DNA of 25,575 bases from Candidatus Bathyarchaeota archaeon (GTDB taxonomy: Archaea; Thermoproteota; Bathyarchaeia; 40CM-2-53-6; RBG-13-38-9), in NCBI GenBank assembly GCA_023144075.1, contig JAGLGJ010000001.1, positions 1 to 25,575 on the forward strand, given 5' to 3'. Positions 1-7,581 of the stretch are shown here, piece after piece. The notes under the pieces are model-generated. The model was not told where the DNA came from. It did not search any database and was given only the letters and a program-made list of their open reading frames with translations. Position 1 is the first letter of the stretch. Every line of letters starts with the position of its first letter. A program made the translations under genes and the position numbers.

Positions 1-132
1 CTTAACGTAAGCGCCATAATCTGAAATTCTTGTCACAGTGGCTATTACTATATCACCGAATTCAGGATATTCTTGTGTGGAGATACTGTTCTCCTCTTTA
101 TCACCGGATTCAGGATTTTTTTGTGTGGAGAT
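1..132 (-). CDS. eif2a: Translation initiation factor aIF2 alpha subunit, 5' end (partial, runs off window start; start codon non-canonical/uncertain: ATC at 132-130 or 84-82)
   Basis: Manual translation of the minus strand 144->1 gives EENSISTQKNPESGDKEENSISTQEYPEFGDIVIATVTRISDYGAYVK. YPExGDxVIATVxxIxDYGAYV is the S1-domain start of a/eIF2-alpha. It lies directly after rpl44e-rps27e, the conserved archaeal L44e-S27e-aIF2alpha order. Confidence 0.9.
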   Translation of the reverse strand, partial: MSTQKNPESGDKEENSISTQEYPEFGDIVIATVTRISDYGAYVK

Positions 133-144
133 ACTGTTCTCCTC
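49..144. repeat. Tandem direct repeat, 2 x 48 bp (49-96 and 97-144), 4 mismatches, covering the aIF2-alpha initiation region
   Basis: tatatcaccgaattcaggatattcttgtgtggagatactgttctcctc versus tttatcaccggattcaggatttttttgtgtggagatactgttctcctc. The last 24 nt are identical. Confidence 0.95.
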
Positions 145-339
145 CTAAGTTAAGTTCTGTAAAATTTCACCTTTTATCGACGCTTTTCCACCAGAGGGTT
201 CAGAGATGACTTCGTCACATACATTGCATTTAATTGTTATTGAGGATCTATCGAATATTATTTGTTCATTAGAGCATTTTGAACAACGTACTTGGAGAAA
301 AATACTTTCAGGTTTTGGGATAAGGCCTTTCTTCACCAT
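145..339 (-). CDS. rps27e: Ribosomal protein S27e (eS27)
   Basis: PKPESIFLQVRCSKCSNEQIIF...IKCNVCDEVISEPSGGKA, a C4 zinc ribbon. ATG at 339 preferred over the TTG at 348. Confidence 0.95.
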   Translation of the reverse strand: MVKKGLIPKPESIFLQVRCSKCSNEQIIFDRSSITIKCNVCDEVISEPSGGKASIKGEILQNLT

Positions 340-344
340 TATTC

Positions 345-623
345 TCAAGCTCCAATCTCTAATTTTCGTAATCTAATACCAGGGCTTTGAAATATATAAC
401 TACAGTTTTTGCATCGATACTTCAAAACTTGTTTCTTTGTAGTCTTTGCTGTACGTTTTAATTCAGGCCATTTTTGCCCACCATACCCATGTTTCTCTCG
501 TTCATGTCTTCTTACTCCTCCAGCCAATGCTCTTTCTCGGCCTTTCTTATAGAGGGTGATAGCATGGGGAGTATGATGCTTACATTTGGGACAGAATTTA
601 TTGAGTTCTTTCCTCATTTTCAT
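345..623 (-). CDS. rpl44e: Ribosomal protein L44e (eL42)
   Basis: FCPKCKHHTPH...HGYGGQKWP...KTTKKQVLKYRCKNC...GIRLRKLEI. Confidence 0.96.
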   Translation of the reverse strand: MKMRKELNKFCPKCKHHTPHAITLYKKGRERALAGGVRRHEREKHGYGGQKWPELKRTAKTTKKQVLKYRCKNCSYIFQSPGIRLRKLEIGA

Positions 624-746
624 ATATTATGCACCAAGCCGAGGCATAGTAACACCTCTAAGCCTTCTATTTATTCATTTTTACTGAGAGTCATGTATTA
701 CAGTAAGATTATTCATTCTGGCTGAAAACTTCTGTTGAATCTATCA

Positions 747-1304
747 TCATATTCTTATCTCTATTGCAGCTTTTTGTCGAATTAGGGCTTCAGCATTTTC
801 TCTGGGCAGGGTTGCAATATCTTCAGGTTCAAAAGGTCCATAATTCTTCATATCAACTCCAACTATCAACGGAATCTTAGTCATGAATCTAACCAGAATT
901 CTTTCGCGTTTTTTTGTTGATGAAACACTGGAATCTATACTTTTTCCCTCTAGAATTACTGTTTTCATATTTTCATATTGATCTATGATTTTCGTAACTG
1001 TCTCGTATATTTCAATCTCTTCATTAGAAAGATGATTGTGTGAAATATTTCTTTTATCAAGAACTGTATCTAGAATTTTTTCAATCCTTTTTTCAAGAAT
1101 TGATAATGTGAGTTTCTGAGCTTTTTCAAGCTCGATATTGAGAATTCGATATTTTAGAGTCTTATTATCTAGTATTCTGATTTCTTCAAGTAATTTTTTT
1201 AGATATTGGCCTATATCATTAAAAAAACTCGGTTCTAATTGTTGCAATTCGTCTTTGTCAAATACCTCTTGCCGCCATGTTTGAAAAAGTTTCTCATACA
1301 TCAA
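747..1304 (-). CDS. GINS complex subunit, Gins51/Gins15 type
   Basis: Helical A-domain followed by a C-terminal B-domain (VRFMTKIPLIVGVDMKNYGPFEPEDIATLPRENAEALIRQ). 4-bp ATGA overlap with priS, matching the conserved priS-gins-L44e synteny. Confidence 0.88.
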   Translation of the reverse strand: MMYEKLFQTWRQEVFDKDELQQLEPSFFNDIGQYLKKLLEEIRILDNKTLKYRILNIELEKAQKLTLSILEKRIEKILDTVLDKRNISHNHLSNEEIEIYETVTKIIDQYENMKTVILEGKSIDSSVSSTKKRERILVRFMTKIPLIVGVDMKNYGPFEPEDIATLPRENAEALIRQKAAIEIRI

Positions 1305-2554
1305 TTCATCACCGGATGAGCTCTTCTTTTACATAGAAGAAGTAAAGCCGCCGAACGCGGGAGTTTTTCATTCACATTATTATATGGGCCATACTCTTGA
1401 TCACCAAGCATGAATCTCGGAGCTTCTTCAATGTGTATGGTTTCATAACCATCAAATGCAACAGCTTGCTTGAATGGATTGAATTCAGGAAGTTCTTCAA
1501 TTTCTATCTTCATTGCCTTGAGACCAGTTTTACCGTTAAGAGTACCTGCAACCCTAATTAATCTATGAATATCAGTTGTTACAACAGTATCTATTCCAAC
1601 CGATTCCAGGGCAATTGCCCTCTGAATTAGAATATTCCATGTATGTTTACCAGTACCTTTGATCATTCTCCAACTAGTATCTTGATTTGTATTACTATTG
1701 TAAGTTTGTAAGCTCAAAATAGAATCGATCGCTTGAGGCTTCAATCCTATACTCTTAAGCGTTTCTTTATCTGCATCAGAAAATATTCTAATAATTCGTT
1801 TGGCCAATCTACCCCTCCATCCAGGGTCATTAGGGCTAAGACCACCAATTGATTTTATCTTTCCACTTGCTTCCCATATATCAAGTAGATTTGTGTCTAA
1901 TCCAGTACCTACTATGTAATCTACTATTTCTTTCCTATCTTCTGTGTCAAGATTTCTTACTTGTTGGGAATCAATATGAAGGTGATATCCTCTATGACCA
2001 GAAAAATTTACTCGTATATTTTCAAGGTTTATTCCAAAATCTAGATGGATCAGGTCTATTAATTTTAAAATTTCTTCTTTTGCTTTTTCTAAACAATGAC
2101 TACACATCCACGAATTTTGATTGAACTTAAATCCGCCACATTTGGGGCAGTACTGAGGAGGTTTACCAAGACCTGAGATTTTACAATCGATGCATGACCA
2201 TGTATCATGTTTCTTCTTGCATTCAGTTTCTATATGGTCAGCATCTATATCAAATATGAGATCTGAACCTTTCCATCCTTTTTTGTCCATAGGGGCTTCT
2301 GGGTCATTATAGTAAGCAGCAGAATGATAGACATCTGATGGTACAATATTTGTAATAAAATTTCTTAACTCTAAAATTTTTTGGAAGGTTTTATGTCTTA
2401 TCACAATATTTTCAGCAAACAAAAAGAATCCAAACTCTCTATTTTCTATCGAGCTTGGAGCCAGAATGGTATTCTTATTTTTAATATAATACTCAGAGAA
2501 TTTACTCCTTATGAATGTTTGAGTTATCTTCTTGAACTCTTTTAAACTGTTCAT
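1301..2554 (-). CDS. priS: DNA primase small (catalytic) subunit
   Basis: REFGF, DVYHSAAYY, DLIFDIDAD, FSGHRGYH and DIHRLIRVAGTLNGKTG motifs, plus a Cys-rich Zn insertion and a GINS-B-like C-terminal domain. Confidence 0.95.
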   Translation of the reverse strand: MNSLKEFKKITQTFIRSKFSEYYIKNKNTILAPSSIENREFGFFLFAENIVIRHKTFQKILELRNFITNIVPSDVYHSAAYYNDPEAPMDKKGWKGSDLIFDIDADHIETECKKKHDTWSCIDCKISGLGKPPQYCPKCGGFKFNQNSWMCSHCLEKAKEEILKLIDLIHLDFGINLENIRVNFSGHRGYHLHIDSQQVRNLDTEDRKEIVDYIVGTGLDTNLLDIWEASGKIKSIGGLSPNDPGWRGRLAKRIIRIFSDADKETLKSIGLKPQAIDSILSLQTYNSNTNQDTSWRMIKGTGKHTWNILIQRAIALESVGIDTVVTTDIHRLIRVAGTLNGKTGLKAMKIEIEELPEFNPFKQAVAFDGYETIHIEEAPRFMLGDQEYGPYNNVNEKLPRSAALLLLCKRRAHPVMN

Positions 2555-2685
2555 GTCATTCGTCTGCTTTTAGATCTTGAACCTAAATTAGTGGTCTAAG
2601 ATGAATTAAGTTAAATTATTTTTATACTATTGTGATTTATATCCTCTCTGTCATTTGAAAAGTTCTTGACTTTTACGAATGGGAT

Positions 2686-3708
2686 TTATTTCTTTAGGGC
2701 CTTTATCTTCAACCTGTAATATGTTAGTGGATGTGCTATTCTGTTACAGATTTCATCAGGTGAGAAACATAATCCATGAGTCTTAAGAGTATCACATTTT
2801 GGTGGTTTATATTTAGTTTTACCACCCTTTCTTCCGCTTATATGCTCAATCTGGTACTTTGTTTTATTTTCATCAAAGTCTGATGCAGATTTAAAAAAGT
2901 TCATAACATCTTCTTCTGTGGCTCCTGCATTTACGAGAAAGGAAGTTAATGTAAACCTTCCAAGATGTGAAAGTCTACCACCAGCAGACAGAGTATCAAA
3001 CAATTTCTTAATACATGGTGGCATATTCTCAACTTTAATTCCCGATGGCGTGTCAAAAGTATCGAATACAGGCTTTTCCATAGTGATTTGTTTTATAGTT
3101 TCTAAAATCTCTTTAAGAGCTTTAGGAGGTTCAATTTTTCTTTTAGTCTTTTCAAGTATCTTGCTTTGTACCTCTTCTTCGATTAAACGTGCTGCTTCAT
3201 TCTTAGTGATTTCTACATAACCATCTTTAAGATAACGATTTGTCAGTTTCCATTTAAGATCATTCATGTTCTTGATATTCTTTATATAATCTATGAAATG
3301 CAAGAAGATTTCATATGTTTCTCTTAGATTCTGACCTTTCGATTTGATATTCCAATCAAAGGTTCCCTGAGCTATTCCAATTACTTTTTCCAAGGATTCG
3401 TCTTTGAGCTTCTTAGAGAAACCCTTCGATTCAGCAACAGCATATCGTCTTTTAACATTTTCATTATCGATACAGGCCATCAACATGATAGCTGTTGGAA
3501 AAGACAGGATCTCTATGCTTGGATCCTGTTCCTGAGGCGCTAGATCATCAGGTTTGAGTAATGCTTGTCTGATTCTTTCTTCTGCTCTCTTAAGAATCGG
3601 CTTATAAGGGTCTGTTATTAAATCGTCTATTTCTATTCTTAGTTTTTTCACATAATCTGCGGCTTCAGTTGTAAATGGATATCTTGCTTTATCTCGTTCT
3701 GAGATCAT
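2686..3708 (-). CDS. priL: DNA primase large subunit
   Basis: ARYPFT N-terminus and an Fe-S domain (MPPCI...LSHLGRFTLTSFL...YQIEHISG...YKPPKCDTLKTHGLC...IC..IAHPLTYY). Confidence 0.95.
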   Translation of the reverse strand: MISERDKARYPFTTEAADYVKKLRIEIDDLITDPYKPILKRAEERIRQALLKPDDLAPQEQDPSIEILSFPTAIMLMACIDNENVKRRYAVAESKGFSKKLKDESLEKVIGIAQGTFDWNIKSKGQNLRETYEIFLHFIDYIKNIKNMNDLKWKLTNRYLKDGYVEITKNEAARLIEEEVQSKILEKTKRKIEPPKALKEILETIKQITMEKPVFDTFDTPSGIKVENMPPCIKKLFDTLSAGGRLSHLGRFTLTSFLVNAGATEEDVMNFFKSASDFDENKTKYQIEHISGRKGGKTKYKPPKCDTLKTHGLCFSPDEICNRIAHPLTYYRLKIKALKK

Positions 3709-3717
3709 TTAAGATTC

Positions 3718-4473
3718 TTACTCTGCCTCTATACGAGGTGCCAAATAATACATTAGCTTACCTTGTTGTGACATTTCGAATTCAAGTCTTATTGGCATAT
3801 TAGTTGAGAATTCTATGGTGGCTACTTCTGAAGTAGCAGATCCAGCCTTTACCATCTGGCCAAAATAGTTGAGGTTGAATGTAGCATCAGAGTCTTCCTT
3901 AATGTCCAATTCTAGCAGAGCTCCATCGGTCTTACTCAATTCCATACCAACATTACTTAATTCGGAGCTGGCTTTAACGAGCAGTTTATCTTCCTTTGCT
4001 TTGAAACTGATATTATCGCTAACAGTTTCACTATCTTCTACAATTTCCTTCAAAGTTTCAGACATCAATTTTACTCGGGCATTAAAAGATAACTTGGGTG
4101 TAGGAACTTCCTCCTCAACAGATTCAAGTGTTGGCATTGTGAATTTTTTTAAGATTTTACCTCGTAGAGTTAGTTCTACTTTCTTGCTCTCCTCATCATA
4201 AGATATCTCTAAACTTTCTTCACTCTTACTTCTTCTCAAGAGTTTGAGCATTGTAGTGATATTAACCCTGATATTTGTAGGCTTGTCGCAAACGTATTCC
4301 TCAAAAGCTTCTTTTGACCATTCAAAATCTACCATTGCGACATGAGATGGATCCATCGATCTTAACTTCAATCCTTCTTCTGTCGTATTGAAATCAGCTT
4401 CTTCGATCAAGGTAGATATGGCCGTTAAGAGGTTTTTCCAAATCTTTGCATCTTGAACTACAGCTTTAAACAC
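3718..4473 (-). CDS. pcn: DNA polymerase sliding clamp PCNA
   Basis: LRSMDPSHVAMVDF and C-terminal YYLAPRIE; 251 aa; GTG start. Confidence 0.97.
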   Translation of the reverse strand: MFKAVVQDAKIWKNLLTAISTLIEEADFNTTEEGLKLRSMDPSHVAMVDFEWSKEAFEEYVCDKPTNIRVNITTMLKLLRRSKSEESLEISYDEESKKVELTLRGKILKKFTMPTLESVEEEVPTPKLSFNARVKLMSETLKEIVEDSETVSDNISFKAKEDKLLVKASSELSNVGMELSKTDGALLELDIKEDSDATFNLNYFGQMVKAGSATSEVATIEFSTNMPIRLEFEMSQQGKLMYYLAPRIEAE

Positions 4474-4536
4474 AATTATCCCACGGTAATTCTTTATACT
4501 ATTTCATAGAACAGACTCTTCTCAGTTTCGGTTTAT

Positions 4537-4860
4537 TTATGACATTTCACGCCATGTAGATGCACAGCGAGTACATCTAAGGAATTGAGTTGATGATTCA
4601 TCAGCCCCGCGTGTCTGAACAAGCCAGTAGAATGCCTCTGGATGACCACATTTTGGACATACAGCAGAAGTCTTTGGTAGGGTTCGAATTTTTTGTTCTT
4701 CTTTTCCGATGACTATTATCTTCTCTTTATCATGTTTTATTTTCGATACTTCTTTTGTCCCTTTCTGTGTTTCATAATTGCATTTGGGGCATACTATAGA
4801 AATTTTATTTTCTTTCTTTGTGGGTATCAGAGTCGTTCCACAGTTAGGACAAAAATTCAT
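4537..4860 (-). CDS. tfs: Transcript cleavage factor TFS / RpoM family
   Basis: MNFCPNCG..CPKC N-terminal ribbon and CPKC...QTRGADES..FLRCTRC..TWRE with the acidic DE hairpin intact. ATG at 4860 preferred. Confidence 0.92.
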   Translation of the reverse strand: MNFCPNCGTTLIPTKKENKISIVCPKCNYETQKGTKEVSKIKHDKEKIIVIGKEEQKIRTLPKTSAVCPKCGHPEAFYWLVQTRGADESSTQFLRCTRCASTWREMS

Positions 4861-4939
4861 CTTTTGGAGCAACCGTCGGTGCCATTACTTAATAAGAAGA
4901 ATTTAAGGATTACTGGAGTATTGTGACCTGAATGTAATT

Positions 4940-5539
4940 TTATTTTGATATTGTCTCGGGCATTTGATGAACTAATGTTCTAGCAAGTAGCCGTGCAACC
5001 CTTAATGGTTCTGGAATGCTTCCATTTAAGGTAAATTTATTGAGGGCCTGAATCGCATCTTCTCTATCCAGCCCTAGATATCTGCCGAAAATTCTCTTTC
5101 CTGTATGTAGCTTAAATTCTTCTCTCTCACCATTTTCTTTGTATTTAGCAATTCTATCTTCTGCCTTGGGACCAAAATATTCAGTAAGATATTTTTCCAG
5201 ACCTTCTGATTTTTCATAAGTAATACAAATGATAGGTCGCGCTATATCTCTATAAACTCTTTTTAAATCTATGATGTTAAACCAGCTGATAATACATCCA
5301 TTCAGAAAAACAAGATTGATGTCTTCTCTCCCAAGTTTCTGGTAGATCTCCAAAACACTTTCTGTTGCATCCATCCCCCCTACTGTTGTCTTTGAAAAAG
5401 AAAACCCATCTATTACCAGATCTGCGCGCATTATTAAACCGGTTAAAATGGATTTTTTACTCTTATTTTTTATGAAGCTCTCTGAGATTCCGAGAACTCT
5501 TATTCCTTTTTTATCGACATGCGGTATAGGTGGCAGCAA
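4940..5539 (-). CDS. DUF99 family protein (endonuclease V-like fold)
   Basis: RVLGISESF...GLIMRADLVIDG...TVGGMDAT...REDIN...GCIISWFNIID...IPEPLRVARLLA. Confidence 0.85.
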   Translation of the reverse strand: MLPPIPHVDKKGIRVLGISESFIKNKSKKSILTGLIMRADLVIDGFSFSKTTVGGMDATESVLEIYQKLGREDINLVFLNGCIISWFNIIDLKRVYRDIARPIICITYEKSEGLEKYLTEYFGPKAEDRIAKYKENGEREEFKLHTGKRIFGRYLGLDREDAIQALNKFTLNGSIPEPLRVARLLARTLVHQMPETISK

Positions 5540-5585
5540 GATCTTTGACCATTGATAATCATTAGGGTTTAGTCACTATCTCTTG

Positions 5586-5978
5586 TCAGTCAGTTTTAAT
5601 TGGCCTTGATTTTTTGTCTATCGTCATCACTCTCTTTGTGGCTTCTAAAGTTAAATCTGTAAATGCAGTGCATGGATTTGGATTTTTTTTGAGTATATTA
5701 ATTGCTTCTTCTGTTTTCATAAGTTCTTCTCGCCATACGTATACAATTAGTGCTTCGACTGCATTTGCGATATCATCTCTTCTAGTTCGTTTAGCGAGTA
5801 AATCTTTTAAGCCGGATTTCTTGGCTGCATCTGCTAAGATGCGGTCACTGACTTTGATTCCTGTAGGTTTACCTTCAATTTCGGTAAGTACTAGAGAATA
5901 TATGAAATTGACATATGCATCACCGAGTTTTGCAAGACCTTTATCTGTAAGAATTCTTTTTAGTAGTCCTGCGCACAT
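5586..5978 (-). CDS. Archaeal ribonuclease III-like small protein
   Basis: DKGLAKLGDAYVNFIYSL...G.KVSDRILADA...ANAVEALI resembles the RNase III helical domain. TAATG overlap with rpoL. Confidence 0.75.
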   Translation of the reverse strand: MCAGLLKRILTDKGLAKLGDAYVNFIYSLVLTEIEGKPTGIKVSDRILADAAKKSGLKDLLAKRTRRDDIANAVEALIVYVWREELMKTEEAINILKKNPNPCTAFTDLTLEATKRVMTIDKKSRPIKTD

Positions 5979-6262
5979 TACTTTGTTCCTGTAGCTTTTT
6001 TAAACTCTGAGAGAAATTCGTCTGTTCTCTGATTTATTTTCTTTAATGCACGTTCGAGTACTTTTCTAGGGTTACCATCTTTCTTTACTTTGATATAGAT
6101 TATTGATTTTTCAGTTAATGGATGTGGAGTGTCATAACCAGCATTCGTTACGCTTCGATCTTCAACCAAAGTATTTTGAAGTAGATTACAGAAGGTGTGT
6201 CCTTCGCCTTCTATCTCTAACTTTAATTCATCTTTTGATTTTTTAATTGTTTTAATTCTCAA
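5978..6262 (-). CDS. rpoL: RNA polymerase subunit L (Rpo11)
   Basis: LEIEGEGHTFCNLLQ...AGYDTPHPL. TTG at 6262 preferred as start (ORF track starts at 6274). Confidence 0.95.
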   Translation of the reverse strand: MRIKTIKKSKDELKLEIEGEGHTFCNLLQNTLVEDRSVTNAGYDTPHPLTEKSIIYIKVKKDGNPRKVLERALKKINQRTDEFLSEFKKATGTK

Positions 6263-6285
6263 ACTGTTCTCCAATCCTATGAATA

Positions 6286-6840
6286 CTAATCTCGAGCTAA
6301 TTTTCTCTTTTCAATATTTTTGCATCTCTCACATTTTAACACTGGTCTCTCTAATGATATTCGATATCCACAATTTGAACAGAAAGTTTTCAATACTCCT
6401 AAATTATGATCAGAAGTCATTAGTCTGATAATCCCACCTGATGTGCTTATGATCTTCGCTCTTATTCGATCCATCGGCTTACAGATCTCTCTCATGTTCT
6501 TAGCGTATCGTGGGCTTGATGCTGAGATATGTAAAAATCCAGTGAGTGGTTTTGAAAGCACATTATTTCCAATCTTGATTATGTTTATTACGGCCAATTT
6601 TTCCTGTACAACTTCTACAACCCCTATTATCTCTTGGCCCTCCAATGGATAAATTGGTGAAATTTTTGGTCTAATGGAAACAGTTCTGTATTTTGAGTCT
6701 GTTCTCGCGTCTCCAATAAACTGTGAGTATATGATGCCGTCTATTTCATATGTGCCGTGGCCAGCCATAAATTCTTCGATAACTCCTATTTTCGAGCCTG
6801 GGACTACAAATTTTTCTTTGATGGCACTCTTGTTAGACAT
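6286..6840 (-). CDS. csl4: Exosome RNA-binding subunit Csl4
   Basis: FVVPGSKIGVIEEF..G.GTY N-domain, S1 domain (LHIS...DRIRAKII) and Zn ribbon CSNCG...CERC...EKRKLA. Confidence 0.93.
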   Translation of the reverse strand: MSNKSAIKEKFVVPGSKIGVIEEFMAGHGTYEIDGIIYSQFIGDARTDSKYRTVSIRPKISPIYPLEGQEIIGVVEVVQEKLAVINIIKIGNNVLSKPLTGFLHISASSPRYAKNMREICKPMDRIRAKIISTSGGIIRLMTSDHNLGVLKTFCSNCGYRISLERPVLKCERCKNIEKRKLARD

Positions 6841-6896
6841 TAGATAATTACCTGGACCTTGCTAAGTCTTGTTGCGCTCCTCGTTAATCTTGGGTA

Positions 6897-6906
6897 CTTA
6901 TAAAAA
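6897..6906 (-). promoter_or_regulatory. Putative TATA box upstream of csl4
   Basis: TTTTTATAAG on the minus strand in the intergenic gap, about 55 nt upstream of the ATG. Confidence 0.4.
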
Positions 6907-6932
6907 CTATGTTATAGGAGAACAATAAGAAT

Positions 6933-7550
6933 TCATAGATTTTTTAAACTTATAATGTAAAGATCAATATCAACAATGTAACTCTTCCTATTATGAAATT
7001 CATATGTTTTAGGTATCTTAAATTGCATTTCGTAGAGCCCATCAATCTTTCCAGATTTACTTTCAATAAATTTCATCAAGTAATTTCGTGTCGTACGTTT
7101 ATGTAATGAAATCGTAACATTAGCAATTGATAGAGCTTTTAACAGGAATCTGCTGTCGGCATGTCTAATCTTTGTGCCGAAGGGCGGATTCATTATTGCG
7201 GTATCAAATACTCCTTGTATTGCACTAATATCGGAATTGATCCAAGATATTTTGTTTTGAACTTTCAATAATCTTGCATTTTTATTAGCGGTTTCTATGG
7301 CCAAGGGATCTATATCTACGGCTAAAACTTTTTCTGCTCCAAGAATACAAGACCCAATAGCAAGTCTTCCTGTCCCGCATCCAAGATCCACTATGTTTTT
7401 GTCTTTTATACTATTGTGGATGTCTGACGCTATAGATAACATCTCAGCAGCTATCAAAGAAGGGATAGTATATTGCTCAAGCCAGAACTTAGGTTTTGGA
7501 TGGGACGATATTTTCTCAAGTACAATTTCAAGTTTTTTTCTCCGAATCAT
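6933..7550 (-). CDS. METTL5-family SAM-dependent methyltransferase (putative rRNA m6A)
   Basis: LEQYTIP, VDLGCGTGRLAIG and IMNPPFGTK (NPPF amino-methylase motif). ATG at 7550 preferred. Confidence 0.9.
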   Translation of the reverse strand: MIRRKKLEIVLEKISSHPKPKFWLEQYTIPSLIAAEMLSIASDIHNSIKDKNIVDLGCGTGRLAIGSCILGAEKVLAVDIDPLAIETANKNARLLKVQNKISWINSDISAIQGVFDTAIMNPPFGTKIRHADSRFLLKALSIANVTISLHKRTTRNYLMKFIESKSGKIDGLYEMQFKIPKTYEFHNRKSYIVDIDLYIISLKNL

Positions 7551-7581
7551 CAGTAATGATTTTCTCCATTCCAAATGTAAT

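Noticed and set aside
741-749. Three consecutive stops (TGA TGA TAG) after gins51
   Set aside because: Tandem stops are common and carry no further signal.
1-4860. Clustering of replication genes (PCNA, primase, GINS) with translation genes (L44e, S27e, aIF2-alpha) and TFS
   Set aside because: This is a known conserved archaeal gene neighbourhood, not novel.
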